Source: Actinomycetota bacterium (GTDB taxonomy: Bacteria; Actinomycetota; Acidimicrobiia; Acidimicrobiales; Ilumatobacteraceae). Taken from it: 64,000 nt of DNA. The notes beneath the pieces are model-generated. The model did not search any database. It saw only the letters and a list, made by a program, of their open reading frames with translations, and had not been told where the DNA came from. The stretch lies in NCBI GenBank assembly GCA_009919275.1, contig RGCG01000003.1:5455-69454 (forward strand), written 5' to 3'. Below, in pieces: positions 1 to 9,916 of the stretch; the stretch's first letter is position 1, and each line of letters begins with the position of its first letter. Position numbers and translations under genes: made by a program.

Positions 1-1
1 T

Positions 2-1315
2 GCAACCAACGTGACGTCCTATCAGCAAGCCATCATCGGTTTTGCAGCTGATCTCACCGCCGAGGCGTACGACAGGCTGTCGGCCGACTCGAACGTCGTA
101 GCAATCGAACCCGACTCTGTGGTGCAAGTGAACGACACCCAACTGGCTCCGGTGTCGTGGGGTCTCGACCGCGTCGACCAGCGGTCACTGCCACTCGATG
201 GTTCGTACACGTATCCGACCGATGGTGAGGGTGTTCGCGCTTATGTCGTCGACACCGGCGTGCGCGCGAGCCATTCGCAGTTTGGCGGACGTGTGGTCAC
301 GGGCTTTGATGGTGTACGCGACGGGAATGGGACGAACGATTGCCACGGACACGGCACGCATGTGGCGGGCACAATCGCCGGCGTCACGGCGGGTGTTGCC
401 AAGGCCGCGACCGTCGCCCCGGTGCGTGTTCTCGGCTGCACCGGCAGTGGGTGGTTGTCGGACGTCATCGCAGGTATCGACTGGGTGATCGCCGACCACG
501 CGGCCGGCCAGCCCGCAGTTGCGAACCTCAGCCTCGGAGGCGCGAAGTCGCGCCTCTTGAATGCTGCAGTTGCGCGCGGTGTTGCCGACGGAGTCACCTT
601 CGTCGTCGCGGCCGGCAACGCGAACACCGACGCGTGCAACTACTCGCCGGCGAGCGAGGCGTCCGCGCTCACCGTCGGAGCCACCGGGTCCGCCGACTCG
701 CGGGCGAGTTTCTCGAACTGGGGAACCTGCGTCGACGTTTTTGCGCCGGGCGTCGGCATCACGTCCGCCTCGAACGGGAGTGACAGCGCCATGCGCACCC
801 TCAGCGGGACCTCGATGGCCGCGCCGCACGTTGCGGGTGCCGCTGCACTTTTGCTCGATGCCGAGCCGACATTGACGCCGGCCCAGGTTGCCGATCGAAT
901 CTCTTCAGATTCGACGCTCGACGCTTTGTCGTCAATCGGGGCAGGATCGCCCAACAGACTTCTCTTCATCAGCAACCCCGACACGCCGACAACGACAACC
1001 GTTGCTGCGCCGACCACCACGTCTGCGCCAACGACGACAGCGCCGACCACCACAACTGCGCCAACGACGACAGCGCCGACCACCACGTCAACAACGACAG
1101 CGCCAACGACAACGGTCGCGCCACGGCCGGCCAACGACAATTTCTCGAGTGCGACGTTGATCGCAGGCCCCACGGGTCTGGTCGTAGGCTCGAACGTTTT
1201 GGCTACCCGTGAGCCTGACGAGCCGGCGCACGGAGGATCGGGTGGGTCTGCCTCGCTCTGGTACCGATGGACCGCGCCGGCCGACGGGCGTCTACACGGG
1301 CGGGAACGTCGGTGA
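2..1315 (+). CDS. Subtilisin-like S8 serine peptidase, 5'-partial at the window edge. It has an I9-propeptide remnant, an S8 domain, a P/T linker and the start of a pre-peptidase-type beta domain, and is terminated prematurely.
   Basis: The frame is open from position 2. Catalytic motifs VVDTGV, HGHGTHVAG and SGTSMAAPHVAG are present. The mature N-terminus is proteinase-K-like (WGLDRVDQRSLPL). After the P/T-rich linker comes NDNFSSA...EPDEPAH...WYRWTAP, which is cut by a stop at 1313-1315. Confidence 0.85.
   Translation, partial: ATNVTSYQQAIIGFAADLTAEAYDRLSADSNVVAIEPDSVVQVNDTQLAPVSWGLDRVDQRSLPLDGSYTYPTDGEGVRAYVVDTGVRASHSQFGGRVVTGFDGVRDGNGTNDCHGHGTHVAGTIAGVTAGVAKAATVAPVRVLGCTGSGWLSDVIAGIDWVIADHAAGQPAVANLSLGGAKSRLLNAAVARGVADGVTFVVAAGNANTDACNYSPASEASALTVGATGSADSRASFSNWGTCVDVFAPGVGITSASNGSDSAMRTLSGTSMAAPHVAGAAALLLDAEPTLTPAQVADRISSDSTLDALSSIGAGSPNRLLFISNPDTPTTTTVAAPTTTSAPTTTAPTTTTAPTTTAPTTTSTTTAPTTTVAPRPANDNFSSATLIAGPTGLVVGSNVLATREPDEPAHGGSGGSASLWYRWTAPADGRLHGRERR
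1023..1088 (+). repeat. Tandem 33-nt coding repeat (2 copies) inside the P/T-rich linker
   Basis: ctgcgccaacgacgacagcgccgaccaccac occurs at 1023-1053 and again at 1056-1086 (period 33 nt). It encodes APTTTAPTTTT-type units. Confidence 0.9.
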
Positions 1316-3155
1316 CCTTTCGGTGCGTGCGGCGAACGACGACGTTGCGTTGTCGAGCGGACAATTGTGGAGCCGTGTCGTCTTAGAAGTGACCGCGGGA
1401 ACCACCTACAACGTCGCCGTCGATGGGTGGGGCGGTGCGCGAGGGCTGGTCAGGTTGTCATGGGCATTCACGGCAATCGACAACACCATCAAGCCGAGCG
1501 AACCGCGATCCGTCACCGTGAGTGCACTCGATGGTTCGGGTTACGTCAACTGGCTGGCGCCAGCAACGACGGGACGTGGAACGATCTCGTACACGGCGAC
1601 AGCAATGCCCGGTGGTGCGTCGTGCACGACCGTCGGCCTGCGCTGTCTCATCGGTGGACTTGCCAATGGCACCCAATATTCGGTCACCGTGACCGCGCGC
1701 AACACTGCGGGTGAGGGACCGGCGTCGAACCCGCCTGTGTCGTTCACGCCGAACACCGCGGCCAACCGTCCCATCGAGACGCGTGCATGGGGCCTCGACC
1801 GTATCGACCAACGGTCGTTGCCGCTGAACGGCGTGATTTCGCGGACGTCATCTGGACGGGCGGTGACTGCTTACGTCATAGACACCGGCGTACTGGCAGG
1901 TCATGTCGAGTTCGGAGCGCGCGTTGGGCAGGGTCGTAACACCATCGAAGGTGCGACCAACCCAACCGACGCAACCGACTGCAACGGTCACGGTACGCAC
2001 GTTGCCGGCACGATCGCGGGTGCAACGTTTGGCGTGGCACCAGATGCCTCGATCGTTCCCATCAAGGTGCTCGATTGCTACGGCTCGGGTTCGCTTGCGG
2101 GTGTCGTGGCAGGAATCGATTGGATGGTTGGTCACCATGAAGCAGGTGTGCCAGCGGTTGCGAACATGAGTCTCGGTGGTTCGGCATCGATCGCGCTGAA
2201 CCAGGCCGTGGCGCGCGCGGTTGCCGATGGCATCACCGTGGTGGTGGCGGCTGGCAACTCGAATGCAGATGCATGCGGGGCATCACCTGCCAGTGAACCA
2301 CTTGCCATTACCGTCGGAGCAACCGACCGCACCGATGCGCGAGCGTCGTACTCGAACTTCGGATCCTGCGTCGACATCTTTGCGCCCGGCAGCGGTGTGC
2401 TATCCGCGGGTATTTCACGGAACGATGCCGAAGCAACCTTGTCCGGTACTTCAATGGCATCCCCGCACGTTGCGGGCGCGGTCGCACTGATCTTGGAGAC
2501 CACGCCATCACTGGCCCCCAACGATGTTGCTCGCGTTCTTGCAGCGTCGGCGACGCGTGGAGTCGTCAGTGATCCCGGGCCCGGTTCGCCCGACGGCCTT
2601 TTGTACATCGGCCGAGTCGAACCAGCCGCACCAGCGGTCCCGTCGACAACATCGACAATCGCACCCGAACCGCCGGCCACCGGCACTCCTTCGACCGATA
2701 TCCCGACCACCACTATTCCGACCAACACGGTGGCACCGGCACCCGCGGCTCCTCCATCCGTCGACGCGCCCGTGACGACGTCACCCGGCAACGCCGAGCC
2801 ACAACCAGTGACAACCGCTCCGGTGGCGTCGCAGTCCGAGTTTGCGGCCGATGTGTCTTCCGCTTCGATGGTGACGGCACCACCGATCTCGAATCCGCTG
2901 GTTGTTTCGAGCGGCGCCCCGGCAATCGGTGTGCGATCTGTGTCGCGCGAAGTCGACGCAGGCGCTCAGCCAACCGCGAGTGTCGTGCAGTCCACACCCG
3001 ATCGCGTGTTGGTGAGAATCTCCAATGCGGCAGGGTCGGTTGACGTTCTCGTCAACGGCAAAGCGGTGTTGCGAACGAAAAAGCGCGTCATCGTGCTGAA
3101 GTCGAAAGGTATATCCGCCAAACGGATCACCGTTCGTGCGTCGCGCGCGAAGTAG
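1209..3155 (+). CDS. Second S8 peptidase module: remainder of the beta domain, an FN3-like module, a full S8 domain and a P/T/A-rich tail. It probably continues the previous ORF across a frame break near 1288-1293.
   Basis: From about 1293 this +1 frame reads VYTGGNVGDLSVRAANDD...AGTTYNVAVDGWGG, which completes the domain begun upstream. An FN3-like stretch follows (YVNWLAP...YSVTVTARNTAGEG). Then come WGLDRIDQRSLPL, YVIDTGV, NGHGTHVAG and SGTSMASPHVAG. The ATG at 1209 is unlikely to be a true start. Confidence 0.7.
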   Translation: MSLTSRRTEDRVGLPRSGTDGPRRPTGVYTGGNVGDLSVRAANDDVALSSGQLWSRVVLEVTAGTTYNVAVDGWGGARGLVRLSWAFTAIDNTIKPSEPRSVTVSALDGSGYVNWLAPATTGRGTISYTATAMPGGASCTTVGLRCLIGGLANGTQYSVTVTARNTAGEGPASNPPVSFTPNTAANRPIETRAWGLDRIDQRSLPLNGVISRTSSGRAVTAYVIDTGVLAGHVEFGARVGQGRNTIEGATNPTDATDCNGHGTHVAGTIAGATFGVAPDASIVPIKVLDCYGSGSLAGVVAGIDWMVGHHEAGVPAVANMSLGGSASIALNQAVARAVADGITVVVAAGNSNADACGASPASEPLAITVGATDRTDARASYSNFGSCVDIFAPGSGVLSAGISRNDAEATLSGTSMASPHVAGAVALILETTPSLAPNDVARVLAASATRGVVSDPGPGSPDGLLYIGRVEPAAPAVPSTTSTIAPEPPATGTPSTDIPTTTIPTNTVAPAPAAPPSVDAPVTTSPGNAEPQPVTTAPVASQSEFAADVSSASMVTAPPISNPLVVSSGAPAIGVRSVSREVDAGAQPTASVVQSTPDRVLVRISNAAGSVDVLVNGKAVLRTKKRVIVLKSKGISAKRITVRASRAK

Positions 3156-3173
3156 TCGCCCTATCATCGCGAT

Positions 3174-5642
3174 GTGAGGTCTTTTCGACGCCGCTTCTCC
3201 GCTGTTGTGGTGGTAGCCGGGGCGCTTTTCGGCGCGGGGGTTGTCGAACCACCGAACGCGTTGGCCGCGTCGAGCGATGTCTACCTGGTGGTTGTCAGCG
3301 GTGACAAGGCGGTTGACATCGTCGCCAGCCACTTCGAGAGTCAGGACGTCGAAGTTGTTGCCGAGTTGACGAGAGCAGTCGACATGGTGTCGGCTGTGCT
3401 GACACCCGAACAGCTCGCTGACATTCGTCAGCGACCGGGGGTGCGGTCGGTCGAACCCGACGAGCTCATCACCACCGAAACGGTTCAGACCATCTCCTCG
3501 AGCCGTAGTGACGACAACTGGGGCCTCGACCGCATCGACCAGAAGACCGGCACGCTCGACCAGCGGTTCCACTATCTCGACACCGCCGGCGGTGCGGGGG
3601 TCGACGTCTACGTGGTCGATACCGGGTTGCGCGCCACCCACTCGGAGTTCGTGGGCCGTGTGGGAACCGGTTACTTCGTTCCGAACGTCACCGATCCGGA
3701 AACCGGCGAGGTGTACAACCTCCCCTCACCCGAGGACGACTGCGGACACGGCACGCATGTCGCCGGCATCGCAGCCGGCACGAAATACGGCGTGGCGAAG
3801 CGGGCAACGGTGATCCCCGTCAAGATCTTCCCCGGGGGTTCGGCGGCGATTTGCGACCGTGGTACGTCGGTCACCGCATTCACCCAAGGGATCGACTGGA
3901 TCCTCGCGAACCGTTCGCGCGCGCGTCCCGCCGTCGCCAACCTTAGCTTGGGTCTTTCGTCGGAGTCTGCGGCGTTGAACACCGCCATCCAGAACCTCGC
4001 GGCGGTGATGCCCGTCGTTGTGGCCGCCGGAAACGACGGAAATCTGTCGACTACCGCGGGCTACATATCGGCAGGCACCGATTCCACGCGCATCACTCGA
4101 AAGAGTCCCGCGTGCACGGCCGACAAACTTGGAATCAGAGGCGTGCTCACGGTGGCCGCGACGGGTGGGCTCGCCGGTGATGACAATGCCCCCACCTTCG
4201 ACGGCTTCGACAAGGAGGCTCGCTATTCGAACCATGGTCCCTGCGTCGACATTTTTGCCCCGGGAACCGACATCAAGTCTGCGTGGCCCGTTGCAGACAA
4301 CGTCGACCAGCGGAATCCCGATGTTTTTCCGAACAACTACTCCGACAACGGGACACTGAAGCGCAGTGGCACTTCGATGGCCTCGCCCTTCGTTGCAGGC
4401 GCAGCAGCAATCTTGTTGCAGCAATTTCCGACGGAAACCCCGGGAGGGTTGACGGCGCGGATACTCGCCAACGCGACGCGCGATGCCGTGACACTCGTGC
4501 CGCGCGCGGGCGTTGGTGCGGCGTCGCCGAACCTTTTGTTGTACGTCTGCGGCCTCGATTGCATGCCGAGCACCCCCACCGCTCCGAAGAACGTAGTGCT
4601 GACGCGGGGTGCGCGTACCGAGATCAACGTGTCGTGGGAAGCACCCGAATCCGACGGTGGGGCTGCGATCACCGGGTACACGGCAACGGCAACGCCTGCG
4701 GCGGGGCCTGGGGTCACCTGTGCGTCGGTTGCGCCGACTCTGTCGTGCAAATTGACGGGACTGGCGGCGGGCACCTCGTATTCGGTGACCGTCACCGCAA
4801 CCAATGCGACAGGTACGGGGACGACATCGACTGCGAAATCTCTGACGCCGGGAGCCGCACCCGCGTCCCCGGGAACTCCGGCGGGAGCCACCGGCAACAG
4901 CGAGGTGCGCGTCACCTGGACGGCGCCAGCCGATGACGGCGGCCTGGCGATCACGAAATACACCGTTACCTCGACACCCGAGGGAAAGACGTGTTCGCCC
5001 GTGGGTGCGGAATTGGTGTGCACCGTCACGGGTCTGTCGCCCGGCACCGCTTACACGTTTGCGGTCACTGCAACGAACGATGCAGGAAGCGCAACGTCGC
5101 TCACATCGGCGACCGTCGTCCCTGTGCTGCCGTGGGAGTACGTACCGGCCTTCGTTGCGGTGACTCCTGCAAATCGTCGAGTCGATCTGGAGTGGAGCGA
5201 GGCACGTGTGCTCGGAGCTGCACCGGCCGGTTACTTCACGGGTTACGAAGTGAAAGATGCAAAAGGTGCGGTTGTTTGCGTGACGACCGGTCTCAAGTGT
5301 TCGATTGGACAGTTGACGAATGCATCAAAGGCATCGTTCACGGTCGCGGCAACCACGCTCGGAGACAAGTCGCAGGTTGCTGCGTCGAACGAAGTCCTTG
5401 TCGGGGGAGTGCGACAACTGGGCAATGTGATGCCGAGAAAGGCGAGCGCCCTCCTCTCGAAGATTGCGACGACCAACTCGAAGGGCAAGGTGACGTGGCG
5501 TGCTCTGTCGGGAGGTTGCCGCATCGTCGGCAAGGTCCTGACCGCCCCATCGAAGGGCACGTCCTGTCGATTGCGAGTCTCGGTTGCCAAGGCCGGCGCA
5601 TTCCCCGCGCAAACGCTCACGGTCGTCATCGGACTTCGCTGA
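3174..5642 (+). CDS. Secreted S8 serine peptidase with a signal peptide, an I9-like propeptide, an S8 domain and about three FN3-like repeats
   Basis: The N-terminus MRSFRRRFSAVVVVAGALFGAG...ALAAS is signal-like. Catalytic motifs YVVDTGL, CGHGTHVAG and SGTSMASPFVAG are present. The repeated modules (INVSWEAPESDGGAAITGY...YSVTVTATNATG; VRVTWTAPADDGGLAITKY...YTFAVTATNDAG) are FN3-like. Confidence 0.85.
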   Translation: MRSFRRRFSAVVVVAGALFGAGVVEPPNALAASSDVYLVVVSGDKAVDIVASHFESQDVEVVAELTRAVDMVSAVLTPEQLADIRQRPGVRSVEPDELITTETVQTISSSRSDDNWGLDRIDQKTGTLDQRFHYLDTAGGAGVDVYVVDTGLRATHSEFVGRVGTGYFVPNVTDPETGEVYNLPSPEDDCGHGTHVAGIAAGTKYGVAKRATVIPVKIFPGGSAAICDRGTSVTAFTQGIDWILANRSRARPAVANLSLGLSSESAALNTAIQNLAAVMPVVVAAGNDGNLSTTAGYISAGTDSTRITRKSPACTADKLGIRGVLTVAATGGLAGDDNAPTFDGFDKEARYSNHGPCVDIFAPGTDIKSAWPVADNVDQRNPDVFPNNYSDNGTLKRSGTSMASPFVAGAAAILLQQFPTETPGGLTARILANATRDAVTLVPRAGVGAASPNLLLYVCGLDCMPSTPTAPKNVVLTRGARTEINVSWEAPESDGGAAITGYTATATPAAGPGVTCASVAPTLSCKLTGLAAGTSYSVTVTATNATGTGTTSTAKSLTPGAAPASPGTPAGATGNSEVRVTWTAPADDGGLAITKYTVTSTPEGKTCSPVGAELVCTVTGLSPGTAYTFAVTATNDAGSATSLTSATVVPVLPWEYVPAFVAVTPANRRVDLEWSEARVLGAAPAGYFTGYEVKDAKGAVVCVTTGLKCSIGQLTNASKASFTVAATTLGDKSQVAASNEVLVGGVRQLGNVMPRKASALLSKIATTNSKGKVTWRALSGGCRIVGKVLTAPSKGTSCRLRVSVAKAGAFPAQTLTVVIGLR

Positions 5643-5797
5643 TTCCGGCAGAAACGCTGATTCAGAAACAGAGCACGGGAAATTTTCCTTGCAGGGTGCA
5701 AGCACCTGTTGCGCGCCTATGTAACGTCCCGTAACCTTGGAGTCACCATCAACCAACGACGGCTGTCCCGAGGATGGCCGATTAAGGGGATACACAC

Positions 5798-6940
5798 ATG
5801 AAGAAGACCCGCCTTGTGCGCGCTGCCGCACTTGCGGTGAGCCTTGCGTTTGTTGCCGCCGCGTGTGGCGACGACAACGACTCGGGCTCGACCGAAGACA
5901 CCACTGCTGCGGCAGAAACCGCCACCGCCGACACCACTGCTGCTGCAGAGGGCGGCGAGGCTGCTGCCGGCGGCGCAACCTGCGCCGAGGGCACCTCGAT
6001 TGCGTTCTTCGGTGCGCTGTCGGGCGATGCCGGAAACCTTGGTCAGAACATCAAGAAGGGTGCCGAGCTTGCGGTTGCTCAGTTCAACGCTGCCAACGCT
6101 GGTTGTCAGGTCACGTTGAAGGACTTTGACTCGCAGGGTTCGCCCGACCAGGCACCCGCACTCGCGACGCAGGCAATTGAAGACGCTTCCATTCTTGGCA
6201 TCGTCGGCCCCGCATTCTCCGGTGAGTCGAAGGCCGTGAACCCGGCGTTCGATGAAGCTGGTCTTGCGATCATCACCCCGTCGGCCACCAACGAGGCACT
6301 GAACGACAACGGTTGGAAGATCTTCCACCGCGCGCTCGCCGGTGACGACAAGCAGAGACTGTTGGCGTCATCGATGACGCTTCCGAGTACGGCAAGGGCC
6401 TCGCTGACATCGTCCGCGAGGGTCTGGGTGACAAGGTTGTCGCCTCCGATTCGATCGACCCGGCTGCTGCCGACTTCTCGGCTGCTGTGTCGAAGATGAA
6501 GGACGCTGCTCCGGCCGCGATCTTCTACGGTGGCTACTACGCAGAGGCTGGCAAGCTTGCCAAGCAGCTCCGTGACGCTGGTGTCGAGTCGACTCTCGTG
6601 TTCGGTGACGGCGTGAAGGACGTTGGCTACATCGAGGCCGCAGGCCCCGCAGCCGAGGGTTCGATCATCACCTGCACCTGCGCAGACGGTGGTTCGAACG
6701 CCGACTTCGCAGCCGCTTACGGTGAGCAGTTCCCCGGTGAAACGCCGCAGACCTACGCCGCCGAGGCGTACGACGCTGCCAACGCGTTCCTCGCAGCCAT
6801 TGCTTCGGGTGCAGCCGACCGTGCCGCGGTCCTGGAGTTCCTGAAGAGCTACGACGCCGCTGGCGTGACCAAGCAGATCAAGTGGGACGAGACCGGTGAA
6901 GTCGCTGGCAACGCCGTCTACTCCTACAAGGTCGATTTAT
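5798..6940 (+). pseudogene. livJ: LivJ/LivK-type branched-chain amino-acid ABC substrate-binding lipoprotein, apparently disrupted by an internal frame break and lacking its own stop codon
   Basis: The lipobox is LAFVAAAC, followed by a T/A-rich linker. Peripla_BP_6-like sequence runs in frame 2 to ...FHRALAGDDKQ (about 6355). It resumes in frame 1 as AETVGVIDDASEYGKGLADIV...KQIKWDETGEVAGNAVYSYKVD (about 6352-6936). That frame then runs without a stop to 7917, across livH. Confidence 0.7.
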
Positions 6941-8044
6941 CGAACCTTCTGGGACCTCACCGTCACCGGAATCGCCCTCGGGGCGATCTACGCACTCGTC
7001 GCGCTCGGCTACACGCTCGTGTACGGCGTGCTGCGTCTCATCAACTTCGCCCACTCGGAAATCTTCATGGTGGGCACGTTTGCCACCCTGATCACCGCCA
7101 CGAACTTCCTCGGGATCCCTCTTCTCGAAGCGGGCAACTACCCCTACCGCACCGGTTTCACCCTCGTTGCGATTCTTCTCGCCTGCATTGTGGGCGGAAT
7201 GGTCGTGTCGGGCGCAGGGGCCGTGCTTCTCGAACGCGTGGCGTATCGCCCCTTGCGGGGCTCGGGCGAGCATGTTGGCGCCGTCGTTCTCGCCTTTGCC
7301 AGCGCCTTCACCGCGAGCCTCGTCTTCACCGAGACCACGCGCACAAACGTCATCATCGGCCTCATCGGCACCGCACCGCTTGCCGTGCTCTACCTGCGGA
7401 TTTTTCGACGTGGTCGCCAGGCGCCGCGCCTTGCATTTCTCATCTCGGCCATTGGCGCCTCGACGGCGATCGCCGAGGCGGTTGCGATCTGGAGCCCACG
7501 CGACCGCGAGCAGTACCAAACACCACGCGTGCTCGAGAAGAAGGTTCTCTTCGAGTTCCTCGGCACCGAGGTCCGCATCGACTACGTCCTTGTCATTGTC
7601 GGAGCATTGCTCATGATGACCGCGCTCGTTCTTTTCGTCAATCGCACACGTCTCGGTCGCGGTGTGCGCGCCGTTGCGCAAGATGTCGAGACGGCAAAAA
7701 TTCTCGGTGTGAACGTCGACTTCGTCATCCTCATCACGTTCCTCCTTGGTGGGGTCATGGCAGGAGCCGCGGCGATGATGTTCACCCTCGTGTACGACCA
7801 AACGCGCTTCAACATCGGCTTTCTCCTGGGCGTGAAGTCGTTTACCGCCGCGGTGCTGGGCGGTATTGGCAACCTGCGGGGTGCGCTTCTCGGCGGTCTC
7901 GTTCTTGGGCTGGGTGAGAACTACGGTGCCGCCATTTTCGGTGGTCAGTGGAAGGACGTGATCGCTTTCGTTCTTCTTCTCGTTGTGCTCATGTTCCGGC
8001 CCACCGGAATTCTCGGTGAGTCGCTGGCAAAGGCACGCGTATGA
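6896..8044 (+). CDS. livH: Branched-chain amino-acid ABC transporter permease (LivH type)
   Basis: FWDLTVTGIALGAIYALVALGYTLVYGVLRLINFAHSE is a typical LivH N-terminus and the protein is multi-TM. The stop overlaps the livM start (ATGA at 8041-8044). The start is uncertain because no ATG, GTG or TTG lies just upstream of FWDL; the ATG at 6896 is the only canonical candidate. Confidence 0.8.
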   Translation: MKSLATPSTPTRSIYRTFWDLTVTGIALGAIYALVALGYTLVYGVLRLINFAHSEIFMVGTFATLITATNFLGIPLLEAGNYPYRTGFTLVAILLACIVGGMVVSGAGAVLLERVAYRPLRGSGEHVGAVVLAFASAFTASLVFTETTRTNVIIGLIGTAPLAVLYLRIFRRGRQAPRLAFLISAIGASTAIAEAVAIWSPRDREQYQTPRVLEKKVLFEFLGTEVRIDYVLVIVGALLMMTALVLFVNRTRLGRGVRAVAQDVETAKILGVNVDFVILITFLLGGVMAGAAAMMFTLVYDQTRFNIGFLLGVKSFTAAVLGGIGNLRGALLGGLVLGLGENYGAAIFGGQWKDVIAFVLLLVVLMFRPTGILGESLAKARV

Positions 8045-9147
8045 GCCTGTCGGACACTTTCAAGGGTCTCACCAAGTCGGCGCACGCGGTGTCGGGTCTC
8101 GGCGAGCGCATTGGTGACTTGCCGCGTGTCTCTCGGTGGTCACTCATTGCGCTCTTCATCTTCTCGCTGTATCTGATGCCGTGGTGGCCCGAAGTTCCCG
8201 TTCTCGGATGGCTCGTCGATACGCCCGGCACCAGCTTCGAGGGCGTCATTACCGACAAGGTGGTGATCTACGTTCTTGTCGCACTCGGACTGAACGTTGT
8301 GGTCGGTCTGGCCGGACTTCTCGACCTCGGCTATGTCGGCTTTTACGCAATTGGGGCGTACGTCGTCGGCATTCTCTCCAGCCAACATGCAAATCTTCCG
8401 TGGCTGGTCTGCGTGCCGATCGCCGTAATCGTCTCGATGATCGCGGGCGTCATTCTTGGAACTCCCACACTGCGTCTGCGCGGCGACTACTTGGCGATCG
8501 TGACGCTTGGTTTCGGCGAGATCATCAGAATCTCGGCAAACAATGCTGACTGGCTTGGTGGAAGTCGCGGCATCAGCAAGATCGCCAAACCACCGAACAT
8601 CGGGCCGTTGAAGTTCGGTGTGCTCGATGCCAAGCCCTATTTCTTCCTGGGCCTGACGGTCATCATCATCACGGTCTTCTTCCTTCGTCGCCTTGAAAAC
8701 AGTCGGGTTGGTCGTGCCTGGAATGCGGTGCGTGAAGACGAAGATGCTGCCGAGTTGATGGGTGTGCCCACCTTCAAGTTCAAACTGTGGGCTTTTGCCA
8801 TCGGTGCAGCCATCGGCGGTCTCGCCGGCACTCTGTACGCCGGAAAGGTGCGATTCATCAACCCCAGCAACTTCCCGCTGCAGTTGTCGATCCTTTTCAT
8901 TGCGGCCGTCGTTCTTGGAGGAACGGGCAACATGTGGGGAGCCGTCATTGGCGGCGCAGTTGTGGGCTGGATGCCCGAACGTTTTCGCGGTTTTGCCGAC
9001 AAGCGCGTGTTCGTGTTCGGTGTCGCGCTCGTACTCGTGATGGTCTTCCGGCCCCAAGGTCTGATTCCGCGCAAGATCCGCAAGGAGCGCTGGTTGGCCA
9101 ACTGGAAACAACGGGAATCAGAGGGTGGGGAGGTGGCCCGTGGCTGA
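8041..9147 (+). CDS. livM: Branched-chain amino-acid ABC transporter permease (LivM type)
   Basis: The protein is multi-TM. The LivM-like segment is [19 protein letters not shown]...[16 protein letters not shown]. The gene sits between livH and livG. Confidence 0.85.
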   Translation: MSLSDTFKGLTKSAHAVSGLGERIGDLPRVSRWSLIALFIFSLYLMPWWPEVPVLGWLVDTPGTSFEGVITDKVVIYVLVALGLNVVVGLAGLLDLGYVGFYAIGAYVVGILSSQHANLPWLVCVPIAVIVSMIAGVILGTPTLRLRGDYLAIVTLGFGEIIRISANNADWLGGSRGISKIAKPPNIGPLKFGVLDAKPYFFLGLTVIIITVFFLRRLENSRVGRAWNAVREDEDAAELMGVPTFKFKLWAFAIGAAIGGLAGTLYAGKVRFINPSNFPLQLSILFIAAVVLGGTGNMWGAVIGGAVVGWMPERFRGFADKRVFVFGVALVLVMVFRPQGLIPRKIRKERWLANWKQRESEGGEVARG

Positions 9148-9916
9148 TGCCATCCTTTCCGTCAACAACGTGACGATGCAGTTCGGCGGTGTCACGGCCC
9201 TCAGTGACGTGAACTTCGCCATCGAGCGTGGTGAAATCCTTGGACTCATTGGCCCGAACGGAGCCGGTAAGACAACTTGCTTCAACGTCATCACCGGGGT
9301 CTATGCCGCAACCAGTGGTTCGGTCACTTTCGACAACCAACCGCTCGCCGGTCTGAAGCGGTTCCAAATCACGAAGCGCGGTATTGCCCGTACGTTCCAG
9401 AACATCCGCCTCTTTCCCGACATGACTGCCGTCGAGAACGTGATGGTCGGCGCCGACGCGAACCACAAGACAAGCGTCGGTGGCGCCCTCCTCGGGTCGC
9501 GTCGTCACCACCGCGAAGAGCGTGAAGGTCGCGACAGGGCGATGGAGTTGCTCACGTTCATGGGCATCGCCGACCGGGCGGCCGACGCCGCTCGCAACCT
9601 GCCCTATGGCTACCAACGCCGTCTCGAGATCGCGCGCGCCCTCGCAACGGGTCCGAAACTTCTCTGTCTCGACGAGCCGGCCGCTGGTTTCACGCCTGCC
9701 GAAAAGCAGGAGCTGATGGATCTGATTCGCAAAATCAGGGCGCAGGGTTACACCGTGCTGCTGATCGAACACGACATGAGCCTCGTCATGGGCGTGACCG
9801 ACCGCATCGTGGTCCTCGATTTCGGAAAGGTCATTGCCACCGGGTCACCGGCCGACGTGCAGAACAACCCCGACGTGATTGCCGCCTACCTGGGAGTGCC
9901 CGACGATGCTGCTTGA
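9140..9916 (+). CDS. livG: Branched-chain amino-acid ABC transporter ATP-binding protein (LivG type)
   Basis: Walker A is GPNGAGKTT, the signature/Walker B region is LEIARAL...LCLDEPAAG, and the LivG-type C-terminus is AYLG. The GTG at 9140 is preceded by GGGGAGG (9127-9133). The ORF track's GTG at 9125 is the alternative start. Confidence 0.85.
   Translation: MADAILSVNNVTMQFGGVTALSDVNFAIERGEILGLIGPNGAGKTTCFNVITGVYAATSGSVTFDNQPLAGLKRFQITKRGIARTFQNIRLFPDMTAVENVMVGADANHKTSVGGALLGSRRHHREEREGRDRAMELLTFMGIADRAADAARNLPYGYQRRLEIARALATGPKLLCLDEPAAGFTPAEKQELMDLIRKIRAQGYTVLLIEHDMSLVMGVTDRIVVLDFGKVIATGSPADVQNNPDVIAAYLGVPDDAA

Noticed and set aside
985-1125. P/T-rich repetitive DNA here, and at about 2640-2800 and about 33090-33200, considered as possible CRISPR-like or non-coding repeat arrays.
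   Set aside because: The repeats are in frame within long ORFs and encode Pro/Thr/Ala linkers. There is no spacer-repeat organisation.
6940-7917. The remainder of the 476-aa ORF 6487-7917 beyond the SBP-like part.
   Set aside because: After ...YSYKVD the translation becomes Arg/His/Pro-rich nonsense that overlaps the well-conserved livH frame. It is read-through caused by the missing livJ stop, not coding sequence.
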